Of a stretch of DNA of 64,000 nucleotides, positions 37,352 through 45,396 are shown one piece after another. The notes below the pieces were generated by a model that saw only the letters and a list, made by a program, of their open reading frames with translations, did not search any database and had not been told where the DNA came from. The translations under genes were made by a program, and so were the position numbers. How positions within the stretch are numbered: position 1 is the first letter of the stretch; the number at the start of each line of letters is the position of its first letter. The stretch is from a virus (taxonomy: Duplodnaviria > Caudoviricetes). The stretch lies in IMG/VR virus record IMGVR_UViG_3300024252_000005. One strand, 5' to 3'.

Positions 37352-39541
37352 ATGAAGTTATTAAGAGAACACTATAAAGAGCTGTTAAACGAAGAAATTG
37401 ATTATTCTTCAAAGTTGGCAACAGTATATCATCTTACAGGATTTAAAACTGAACAATATGATTCTGTTTACGCAAAACTTAAAAAGAAAACGCCTAAAGA
37501 CCTTGAAGGTGAGATTGATGCAAAATATAGCTCAAAGCCAAAGTCTAGAGCACAGAGTATTTTATCTAAAACTGAGTACAAAGCAGGACTTAAAAATTTA
37601 AAAAAATACAAAACATCAGCAGGACAAGCTTATCATATAGCAAGAAATATTAGCAATAATTTATTTGATGTAGGAAGTTATTTTCAAGCAGGCGGTGGTG
37701 CAGCATACGGATCAGGTCTTTACACTTGTTATAGATTAAATCCAAAAATAGCGCAGAATTACGGTAACGTTATTTTAAGGTTTGATGTAGACATATCAAA
37801 CTTTTTAATATTCAATGAAGGAATAGCAAGAAAAATACACGGTAATGATCATTATAAGTTAGACGACCAATTTATGCAAATTCTTAAAAGAAAAGGATTT
37901 AATCTTCGCGGACACTACGAATACTCTGATTCTGTAGAAATGTCGGACGACGCTGAAGAGAACTTAGGTGACTATATTGCTTTGCTCGATCAAATGTCTT
38001 CTTCTGATGCTTTTAAGAATAGTGATTTTAATACAGACGTAAGAACAGCAGATATGGCAAATCATGCTTTGTATGAATTTAGCAAGAAATTTAAAAACGG
38101 CAGTGCTTTAAAACTAAGAGATATCATTGATGGTGTTATATTTTATGGTTATAGTGACGGCCCTGTTTGTGTAATATATCACCCAGAATCTCTAGGAACT
38201 TATAAACTTACAGGTGCAGGTTATTTTAAGAATGGTCGGCCTGTAATAGAGTCAGACATAGAAGCTTTAGTAGGTAGAACAGGAAGAGATCTCGCAAATT
38301 CTTTTCAAACTTCACAAGAACTAGATCAAGATGCTCAAGAGCGAGCTGAAGAAAGAAATCAAAGATTTAAAGATGTTCTTACAAATTACGAAATAAACTC
38401 AAAAACTTCAGAAGAAGAGTTTATCAACAATATTCCTTCAGAACTTACTAGCATTATTGAACCCTTAAGACTGGTACTTGAAGATAATATTCCTGAAGAT
38501 ATTATGATAGAAAGGTTAAGCTCAACTACCAACTGGGATAAATTCTTACAAGGCATGGCAGATTCATATCATTACATTCAATGTATTGTTTCTATACTTG
38601 CTGAGCCAATGTTAAAATTTATTGAACATTTTGGCCCAGGTTTGGAAATAATTAGTGAGGACGAGTTTAAAGAATATTTTAAGTTATTTAAACAATATGC
38701 ACAAAATAAAACTTCTAATGCACCAAAGCTTGCAGATTTTGAGTCTAGAGGTTTGAAGTGTGTAGCACAAAACGAAGAGGAGTTTTCTAATCTTGTTGAT
38801 CAACATTTAGGAAGTCTTATTGAGAATTATAATACAATGTTAAGAGATCAGATAGGCGCATATTTTGTTGACTTCGTAGTTGCAGCCATGTTTGACGGTG
38901 AGACCAGTAGCATTAATAATTCTATTGGCAGATGTACTTTGGATACAATTGATATCAATACTGACAATGATAAAAAAGTTATCGAGAAGCACATGTCAGT
39001 TATTAACAACATACTTTCTAACGTACAAAGCAAGTTAATTGAATTTATTACAAAAACAATACCGGAAAATGTACAATCTGATGAAGGCAAAAATGCAGTT
39101 CGAATAGCATTCAGACATGTAGACGCTTTTGATGAAAATGGCAACATTTTTCTTGATGAGATTATTGAAAGATATGGCTGGTATTCTGATTGGTGTCACG
39201 CTGGTACTGAGTTATTTTATACTATACATGAAACTTTTAACGTAGGTTCTTTCGATGCTTTCACTAGTGAATTAAATTCTTACAAAATTGACAGAGAAAA
39301 ATTTGATCCTGAATTCATACTTCATGAAATGTATGAAGTTCCTAATAATAATTTATTAGGTGATGTATCTGGCTTAGTTCTAGTAATGTTTAAAAACGGC
39401 AAGGATGTCTATAAAAGAAACAACATAATGTCAACTGAATATCTATATAAACAAATTCTTGAATCAAAAGCAACTAATGTAGCATATGCTGTTCAAGAAC
39501 AATTTTATGTAGGCTCGCCTGGGGGAAGCATTGATATTTAA
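37352..39541 (+). CDS. Large protein with N-terminal ADP-ribosyltransferase-like domain
   Basis: VYHLTG, YGSGLYT, AQNYG, IDGVIF...VCVIYHP; leader MKLLREHYKELLNEE. Confidence 0.7.
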   Translation: MKLLREHYKELLNEEIDYSSKLATVYHLTGFKTEQYDSVYAKLKKKTPKDLEGEIDAKYSSKPKSRAQSILSKTEYKAGLKNLKKYKTSAGQAYHIARNISNNLFDVGSYFQAGGGAAYGSGLYTCYRLNPKIAQNYGNVILRFDVDISNFLIFNEGIARKIHGNDHYKLDDQFMQILKRKGFNLRGHYEYSDSVEMSDDAEENLGDYIALLDQMSSSDAFKNSDFNTDVRTADMANHALYEFSKKFKNGSALKLRDIIDGVIFYGYSDGPVCVIYHPESLGTYKLTGAGYFKNGRPVIESDIEALVGRTGRDLANSFQTSQELDQDAQERAEERNQRFKDVLTNYEINSKTSEEEFINNIPSELTSIIEPLRLVLEDNIPEDIMIERLSSTTNWDKFLQGMADSYHYIQCIVSILAEPMLKFIEHFGPGLEIISEDEFKEYFKLFKQYAQNKTSNAPKLADFESRGLKCVAQNEEEFSNLVDQHLGSLIENYNTMLRDQIGAYFVDFVVAAMFDGETSSINNSIGRCTLDTIDINTDNDKKVIEKHMSVINNILSNVQSKLIEFITKTIPENVQSDEGKNAVRIAFRHVDAFDENGNIFLDEIIERYGWYSDWCHAGTELFYTIHETFNVGSFDAFTSELNSYKIDREKFDPEFILHEMYEVPNNNLLGDVSGLVLVMFKNGKDVYKRNNIMSTEYLYKQILESKATNVAYAVQEQFYVGSPGGSIDI

Positions 39542-39822
39542 TCTTCAAATGCGATTTTGATATCATTATAAGGATCATTTGTATTTGCATAAAACAATGC
39601 TAGTTTACCTTTGTCGTTCAATAAACGAAAAACGCACTTACAATAGAAGCCATTCTCAACTTCTTTATGTATAACCAAATGAACATTGTTGTTTTTGCCT
39701 TTCTCATAGTTCATTCCTGTAATTTCTACTAAGTCACCAACTTTTATTTGGCCATACATGAAATAAAAACTCGATATACTTTTGAAATTAAATTTATGTG
39801 AATCATAGAATGATAATAGCAA
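39538..39822 (-). CDS. Hypothetical protein
   Basis: QIKVGDLVEI small beta-barrel pattern. Confidence 0.6.
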   Translation of the reverse strand: MLLSFYDSHKFNFKSISSFYFMYGQIKVGDLVEITGMNYEKGKNNNVHLVIHKEVENGFYCKCVFRLLNDKGKLALFYANTNDPYNDIKIAFED

Positions 39823-39849
39823 AAAGTATTCTAAGAAGGAAATTTATTA

Positions 39850-39999
39850 ATGAAAAATAATAATGTATTGCAAAGATATATTGAAAATATTCTATTAGAA
39901 ATAGCATCAATTGGAAAACAATCTAACTTTAAGCTAGAAGAAGAAATAGAAAGTCTTGAAAGAAGACTAATTCATATGCAAACGCATGAGAATTATTAG
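39850..39999 (+). CDS. Small protein (49 aa) with the virion-type leader, missed by the ORF track
   Basis: MKNNNVLQRYIENILLEIASIG...; AAGGA RBS. Confidence 0.55.
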   Translation: MKNNNVLQRYIENILLEIASIGKQSNFKLEEEIESLERRLIHMQTHENY

Positions 40000-40023
40000 T
40001 TAACACACTAGACAGGACTTGAA

Positions 40024-40063
40024 CACGCCTATCTGGACTCGAACCAGAACTCTTGGGCTTAAG
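40024..40063 (-). pseudogene. 3' half of a split tRNA (Arg-type identity)
   Basis: CTT AA GCCCA AGAGT TCTGG TTCGAGT CCAGA TAGGCGT G: perfect T-stem; acceptor strand pairs with 41085-41091. Confidence 0.8.
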
Positions 40064-40150
40064 CACCTCCTGGAGGATTCGAACCTCGCACTCTCCAATT
40101 CCCCTATATTAATGAGACCGGCTTAGAAGGCCAGTGGGGATGCAGAAGGC
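40064..40150 (-). ncRNA. Atypical D-armless tRNA-like RNA with TCT (Arg) anticodon
   Basis: 8-bp acceptor GCCTTCTG/CAGGAGGT; CTGGC CT TCT AA GCCGG; 4-bp T-stem GAGG TTCGAAT CCTC; an 8-nt linker replaces the D-arm. Confidence 0.75.
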
Positions 40151-40247
40151 ATATAACAATATTATTATTTTTTTGTTTATTGTTAAATTATTTTTGCATT
40201 AACATTGATCTAAGCATATTTATTATATGTTCAAGTTGAGGATAAAT

Positions 40248-41057
40248 ATGTATTGCAATAAATGTGAAAAAGAGATACCCAAAAAAGAAGCTGGTAATCA
40301 TAAAAGATGGTGTGGAAATAAAAAAACTATTAAAGATTCTTACTGTAAGATATGTAATTCTCCAATAAAAAACACAAGAACAAACTCAGTTAGAAAATAC
40401 TGTGCTAGAGAATGTTTTAACAAAGGAGTATATACTAAAGAGTTTAAACAAAAAATATCTAATAGCAGAAAAAAATATCTTAAGGAAAACCCTAACAGTC
40501 ATCCTTGGTGTAAAGAAAACAAATTTAAGTCTGCGCTAAAGAAGTTTCTTAAGGAAAATAATATAGACTTCATTGAAGAGCACCAGCCTCTGAAAGATAG
40601 ATTTTTCTCTATTGATATTGCCATACCAGAAGTTATGTTTGGAATAGAAGTAAATGGTGAGCAACATTATAATAGGGATAAAACTCTTAAGAAATATTAT
40701 CAAGAAAGACATAATTTAATTAAAGCACAAGGTTGGGTGATATATGAGATTCACTACTCTAAAGTTTATGACGATATTTTTTTATCGAGTTTAATTGAAA
40801 GAATAAGAAAAAATAATTTTAATAACTTTACAATAGACTTTGAGTTACGTAAAAACAAAGTTAAAAGAAGAAAAAATGTAAAGGAAGTCTCTCTAAAGCA
40901 TAAAGAAGAAAAAGCTAAAAAGTTGCTTGAAACAAGATTAGAACATATTAGTAAGGCTGAAAAGAATTGGGGTTGGATTTCCAAAGCTTCTCGAGATCTA
41001 GATATAAGTCATACTCATGTAAGAAGGCTCGTAAACAAGTATCTTTCTGATGCGTAA
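40248..41057 (+). CDS. Free-standing homing-type endonuclease (Zn fingers, Vsr/DUF559-like PD-(D/E)xK domain, C-terminal HTH)
   Basis: CNKC, CKIC...YCAREC; FSIDIAI...GIEVNGEQHY...GWVIYEI; GAGGA RBS before ATG 40248. Confidence 0.82.
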   Translation: MYCNKCEKEIPKKEAGNHKRWCGNKKTIKDSYCKICNSPIKNTRTNSVRKYCARECFNKGVYTKEFKQKISNSRKKYLKENPNSHPWCKENKFKSALKKFLKENNIDFIEEHQPLKDRFFSIDIAIPEVMFGIEVNGEQHYNRDKTLKKYYQERHNLIKAQGWVIYEIHYSKVYDDIFLSSLIERIRKNNFNNFTIDFELRKNKVKRRKNVKEVSLKHKEEKAKKLLETRLEHISKAEKNWGWISKASRDLDISHTHVRRLVNKYLSDA

Positions 41058-41091
41058 AGGCCCCTGCTTTATCCTATTAAGCTATAAGCGC
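41058..41091 (-). pseudogene. 5' half of a split tRNA (Arg-type identity)
   Basis: GCGCTTA TA GCTT AATAGGATA AAGC A GGGGC CT; ends at U33, exactly at the endonuclease stop codon. Confidence 0.8.
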
Positions 41092-41095
41092 TGAA

Positions 41096-41141
41096 TAGAT
41101 CTTTAATCAGAATTACTATTATTCTTTATATTAAAGATCTA
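41096..41141. repeat. Perfect 12-bp inverted repeat between tRNA elements
   Basis: TAGATCTTTAAT (41096-41107) and ATTAAAGATCTA (41130-41141). Confidence 0.85.
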
Positions 41142-41143
41142 AA

Positions 41144-41216
41144 TGGGCACCCTGGGATTTGAACCCAGAATCGACGCTTTATGAGAGCGCTGCCTTAACC
41201 CTTTGGCCAGATGCCC
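41144..41216 (-). tRNA. tRNA with CAT anticodon, probably Ile2 (lysidine type); no encoded CCA
   Basis: GGGCATC/GGTGCCC acceptor with C4-G69 and A73; GCGCT CT CAT AA AGCGT. Confidence 0.9.
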
Positions 41217-41256
41217 ATATAAGACCTTTTTGCTCTAACTACTGGGCTATAGGCCC
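41217..41256 (-). pseudogene. Degenerate 5' half of a tRNA-Ile-type gene
   Basis: GGGCCTA TA GCCC AGTAGTTA GAGC ... CT TAT, running directly into the intact CAT tRNA. Confidence 0.65.
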
Positions 41257-41317
41257 GTTAAAGGTGCTAAAAGCACCTAGATAATTATATAATCAAACTT
41301 TTAAAAGTTTAACAATA

Positions 41318-41704
41318 TTAACGTGGAGATACAACAAAAGTTTGATTATTAACTTGGTATGTATTAGTAATTCCTGAAGAATTGTAATTTTGTGCAACTT
41401 GCTGAATCCTTCTCAATTGATCATTAATTCTATGAAGCTTGATAAAACTCCCATTATTAGGCTTTCGATAATTAACACATGTATACTTAGATCGATTACG
41501 TGTTGTAGTTGTAGTTGTGCTGTTGTTTGACGCTGTTACAATCTTTTCATTAGTCTTAATAATTCTATTAATAGTTCCATTCCTGTTTGCTGAGTAATAA
41601 ACGCCTGGGTTCTGTGTATCCATAAACATCATTGTACCGTTGCTAATCTGGCGAACTGTTGAAGTCTCAATAAAACGATTTGTGTCAAAATTTGTGTTTC
41701 CCAT
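41318..41704 (-). CDS. Paralog family C protein
   Basis: FIETSTVRQISNGTMMF. Confidence 0.7.
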   Translation of the reverse strand: MGNTNFDTNRFIETSTVRQISNGTMMFMDTQNPGVYYSANRNGTINRIIKTNEKIVTASNNSTTTTTTRNRSKYTCVNYRKPNNGSFIKLHRINDQLRRIQQVAQNYNSSGITNTYQVNNQTFVVSPR

Positions 41705-41759
41705 AAAATGTACCTTTCTTATGGTGTTGAAATATTTGGGTTACTTAGCACTTACTATA

Positions 41760-42062
41760 TTATAGTAAATCTAAGTCAGAAGAACGAATAAATATGAATT
41801 CGCTCTCATCGGAATCATCTACGACAATAGTGATTCCACCTATTGAAAACAATAAGCACTTAAAACTTTTTTTACTTTTAGCAAAATAAATAGTTCCTAT
41901 CTTATTAGCAATATTCATTATCTTGCTATAAGATTCAATATTCTCTTTGCTATTTTCAATACAAACAATATCTTCTATATTTGATCTCAAGATAGAAGAT
42001 ATTTCTTTTGTCAACATATGCTTTTTATTCTGGATATTGTTTTTGTTTTTGCTAATATTCAT
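41760..42062 (-). CDS. Hypothetical protein
   Basis: ORF downstream of a promoter copy. Confidence 0.55.
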   Translation of the reverse strand: MNISKNKNNIQNKKHMLTKEISSILRSNIEDIVCIENSKENIESYSKIMNIANKIGTIYFAKSKKSFKCLLFSIGGITIVVDDSDESEFIFIRSSDLDLL

Positions 42063-42102
42063 TTTTTTCTTTAAAAAGCATGTTGTTTTAATTTATATTA
42101 TT

Positions 42103-42132
42103 ATTATATAATGTGATTCAAATATTTACACA
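42103..42132 (-). promoter_or_regulatory. Repeated phage promoter
   Basis: TGTGTAA-N17-TATAAT. Confidence 0.72.
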
Positions 42133-42335
42133 TTATATAATAATTAATTTTTCTTAGCTAAACTCTTTCCCTTAATGTGCAACGGCTTGTCAGAAAAGTC
42201 AATGTACTGAATATTGTTATTCATTTCTGAATATTCTTTGTATGATAATACAATACCCATCGATGTAAGCATTATTAGTGATGATAAATAATACGTAACT
42301 AACTTGTTTTTCATTTTTATTCTTTCTATGTAGAT

Positions 42336-42641
42336 TTAATCAATGCTGTTAAGATTGTCAATATGAAGCTGTAGAATATCGTTCCAATAAAATTCTTCTT
42401 GTCCTGACCCAAAATTGACTACAGTAATTTCTGCAGAGCCATAGTCTATTTCAAATGTATACTTAATCTCACTATCAGAAACAATTTCTGTATAAAAGTA
42501 TTCTGGTAAATCATTATTTTCAAAAGTCTCGCTAGACATATTAACGTTAAATCTTTCTTCTAACTCTGGAATAATAAACAATGCTCTTTTTTTAATATCC
42601 ATTTTATTCTTAACCCTTTTGTCTTGAATGATATATATCAA
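42336..42641 (-). CDS. Hypothetical acidic protein
   Basis: ORF; true start probably MDIKKR. Confidence 0.6.
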   Translation of the reverse strand: MIYIIQDKRVKNKMDIKKRALFIIPELEERFNVNMSSETFENNDLPEYFYTEIVSDSEIKYTFEIDYGSAEITVVNFGSGQEEFYWNDILQLHIDNLNSID

Positions 42642-42885
42642 TATCTTTCCAATTTAAATTGTTTTCTTTTATTGTTAGTACTATCATTTTTGCTTTATCG
42701 TTTAAAATCAACATCTTGTCATCTAGTGGGTTTATTAAATAATTAAGCTTTCTAACACTTGCAAGAAAATTTAGCAAGTATTTTTTTGTAATTACAGTAG
42801 ATTCGTTTACTTCTTTAGATAAGCAAACACCAGTATCAGTAAGAACATGAATTTTAATTGTATTCAACTTTAAATTTGCTTCCAC
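42610..42885 (-). CDS. Hypothetical protein
   Basis: ORF with GAGGAG upstream. Confidence 0.55.
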   Translation of the reverse strand: MEANLKLNTIKIHVLTDTGVCLSKEVNESTVITKKYLLNFLASVRKLNYLINPLDDKMLILNDKAKMIVLTIKENNLNWKDIDIYHSRQKG

Positions 42886-42935
42886 TTACAAAACATATAT
42901 TTCTCCTCTTTTAGCAAAAACGAACTATAAACAAG

Positions 42936-43121
42936 CTATGCTTCAATTCCGTAATAGTAATAAATAATTCGTGTAATAGATATAAACCAAAAACAAATCG
43001 ACATGCCTGCAACAAGCAAGCTATCAGTTTTTATGAACATATAACCTCCAAAAACATAACCTAAAATAAAAGCTATCATCCAATAAGGACTAATTACAAC
43101 AACGTCAACATTTTCAATCAT
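42936..43121 (-). CDS. Small two-TM membrane protein
   Basis: Hydrophobic segments; promoter copy upstream. Confidence 0.6.
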   Translation of the reverse strand: MIENVDVVVISPYWMIAFILGYVFGGYMFIKTDSLLVAGMSICFWFISITRIIYYYYGIEA

Positions 43122-43141
43122 TATGCCTCCTATATGTACTA

Positions 43142-43172
43142 ATTATAATATTAATATTAACAATTTTACACG
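43142..43172 (-). promoter_or_regulatory. Repeated phage promoter
   Basis: CGTGTAA-N18-TATAAT. Confidence 0.8.
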
Positions 43173-43182
43173 TATTAGATCA

Positions 43183-43578
43183 TCAAGAGTAAGTATCTAG
43201 CACTGTTGATGGGTAATATTCGTCAGTGTAATCTGTACCAATCATTAATATAACTTCACCATTATTTGATTTTCTCAATACCCAACCACAAAAAACTTCA
43301 TATTCTTCTGTTTTTACTTCATTCCACTTTTCTAAATAAGAATCTTCATCTATGTCATTGTTAATATTGCAATCTTGATCTCCATATACAACCCAGTCTA
43401 GCTGACTCCTATTACCATCATAAGTATCTTCTATTACCTCCCAAACAATGCTTGCAAATTTAAAAGACATGTTGGCGCTAGAAAAACCTCTATACTTAAA
43501 AGTAATACCAGACAAACTTTTAAAATGATCAAACATTGAATTATTTACAGAATTATCTATTCTCATTAGCACGCACAA
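43183..43578 (-). CDS. Hypothetical acidic protein
   Basis: ORF only. Confidence 0.6.
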   Translation of the reverse strand: MCVLMRIDNSVNNSMFDHFKSLSGITFKYRGFSSANMSFKFASIVWEVIEDTYDGNRSQLDWVVYGDQDCNINNDIDEDSYLEKWNEVKTEEYEVFCGWVLRKSNNGEVILMIGTDYTDEYYPSTVLDTYS

Positions 43579-43715
43579 TCACAAGCCGGTTGACGAAACG
43601 GAACGTTTACATGGTAAGTCATTTACTCAATCAACCAATTAACGTATAAAAGATAAACAAGTGTTATTAACAAACAAACAAAAAGCTCGTCATGTGTTAA
43701 ATATAAAAACTTCAA

Positions 43716-44090
43716 TTAGTCCTCTTTTCTGACTGTATAGCATAAAACTCTATGATTTAAGAATTCTTTATGCATATTATCTAAATAATCTATTTTTATA
43801 CTTGAGTTTTTTCTAGAAAAATATCTCTGGCATGTTATCTTGTTTTTATTGTAGTTCATGTCAAAAAAACATCTATTACTCTCAAAACATCTCGCTAATA
43901 CAAAATCTTTATTGTGAGACAATGTTTTGTTAATCTCTATAAAGCTAAACTCGTTTGAATTGTATCTTTTGATATTGTTACAGGTAATTTCAATATATCC
44001 TGTATTTTTTAGTGTACTTATGACATTTTGATCATCAATAGAGCAAGATATATTAAAAGCTGTAAATAATAATATTGATTTTTTTAACAT
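43716..44090 (-). CDS. Putative lipoprotein
   Basis: N-terminal hydrophobic segment ending NISC. Confidence 0.6.
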   Translation of the reverse strand: MLKKSILLFTAFNISCSIDDQNVISTLKNTGYIEITCNNIKRYNSNEFSFIEINKTLSHNKDFVLARCFESNRCFFDMNYNKNKITCQRYFSRKNSSIKIDYLDNMHKEFLNHRVLCYTVRKED

Positions 44091-44097
44091 GAAATCC

Positions 44098-44406
44098 TTA
44101 GGATACTGTTTGGTTTGTGTTCTTTTTTAATTCTTTAAATCTAAAGTTGAATTTTCTTTTTAGTATGCTTAAGTTTTCTTTGCTTCCAACATATAGCCCA
44201 ACTTCATCATTATTGTAAATTACAAACTTTACTTTTATGTTTTTTTCAATATAAGCTTTTTGTCTTTTAACTTCTTTAATAATTTTATTCGCATTGAAAG
44301 ATGCTAAGAAAAGCCTGTCTGTTTCTTTTTTATTATCAACTATTTTTTTTAGCTGAAGCATAAAGTCTTCATAGCTTAAAGAATTCATTAGTATTTTATC
44401 AATCAT
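44098..44406 (-). CDS. Hypothetical protein
   Basis: ORF overlaps the upstream gene. Confidence 0.6.
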   Translation of the reverse strand: MIDKILMNSLSYEDFMLQLKKIVDNKKETDRLFLASFNANKIIKEVKRQKAYIEKNIKVKFVIYNNDEVGLYVGSKENLSILKRKFNFRFKELKKNTNQTVS

Positions 44407-44656
44407 GATGTGCGCAGCTAATCATCCTTTTATTTACTATCTCATATTCGTTTGAGGAACTAATACAAAATCCAGATTTTAGATAGATATCAGTACCACC
44501 AGATATTCTATTAATCACACTGTTCTTAGAATCAGGATCTATAAATCTTTCTTTCCTAATTAAAGGTGTATAATACGCAATAAAGTCAACATTAATCGTT
44601 ATCGGTGTATCATCATCATATCTTTGAACAGTAATAGTTTTCATTAATAAAGTCAC
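44399..44656 (-). CDS. Hypothetical protein
   Basis: ORF only. Confidence 0.6.
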   Translation of the reverse strand: MTLLMKTITVQRYDDDTPITINVDFIAYYTPLIRKERFIDPDSKNSVINRISGGTDIYLKSGFCISSSNEYEIVNKRMISCAHHD

Positions 44657-44700
44657 CTTTTGTCTTAAATTATATATTACTTTATTTATTGTACATTATA

Positions 44701-44913
44701 TTATAATATTTGTGAATATAAATTGCACGTCAATAACAGCTTTTCCTGGCCAATTCGGTTTAAAAATAAAAAGACAGTACAATATATTACTAAAGAAGCA
44801 AGTATAAATATCTTTGCGTTAGCGTTTGTTATGACAGAAATTGCGACTGTAAACATACATAAAGCGGGTATTGAAGCTGCAACAACTGTTACAATATCAT
44901 AGTAGTCAAACAT
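44701..44913 (-). CDS. Small two-TM membrane protein
   Basis: Hydrophobic segments. Confidence 0.6.
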   Translation of the reverse strand: MFDYYDIVTVVAASIPALCMFTVAISVITNANAKIFILASLVIYCTVFLFLNRIGQEKLLLTCNLYSQIL

Positions 44914-44934
44914 TCATTTTCCTTTTTAAATACT

Positions 44935-45321
44935 TTATCCACCGTATATATCGTTGTATCTTCTAGCATCAGCAAATCCAGGCGTAGACCAAGCAATCAT
45001 TGACTCAAGACTTCTTGCAACTGCAACATGACCATTACTCCAGCTTCTTGGAGGCGGTGGATATTGAGATACAATCATTGCAAGTAAAGCTTTGAGATAA
45101 GGTCTTTTAGAACCACATTCTTCTTTCCAATTACTTTTAATTACTTTACTTATAATAGAATCATAATAATAAGATGCATCAAAGTTTTTGTTGCTGCATT
45201 CTTTTACAAGCTCATCAACAATTGGCTGTAGTTTTTTCTTGCTAAAAGATATTTCTACATAATTAGAAAACCATGGTGAAGGATGAGTATCAAATTTGAT
45301 TGTAAATAAATCATTAGTCAT
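44935..45321 (-). CDS. Hypothetical protein
   Basis: Promoter copy upstream. Confidence 0.65.
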   Translation of the reverse strand: MTNDLFTIKFDTHPSPWFSNYVEISFSKKKLQPIVDELVKECSNKNFDASYYYDSIISKVIKSNWKEECGSKRPYLKALLAMIVSQYPPPPRSWSNGHVAVARSLESMIAWSTPGFADARRYNDIYGG

Positions 45322-45355
45322 TGTAATGCCCTTGATATTGTTGCCTTATGTTATC

Positions 45356-45386
45356 ATTATAATATAATTGTCATCTAAGTTACACT
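45356..45386 (-). promoter_or_regulatory. Repeated phage promoter
   Basis: AGTGTAA-N18-TATAAT. Confidence 0.75.
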
Positions 45387-45396
45387 ATAAAAGTCT

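Noticed and set aside
40004-40024. Extra T-loop/acceptor remnant GTTCAAGTCCTGTCTAGTG as the partner of the Ile-type 5' half
   Set aside because: Its acceptor strand does not pair convincingly with GGGCCTA and the register is off by one; left as an unpaired tRNA remnant
40064-41057. Group I intron in a tRNA anticodon loop
   Set aside because: The junctions fit (exon ends in U, insert ends in G), but I found no P7 or other catalytic core; the non-coding part folds as a tRNA-like RNA instead
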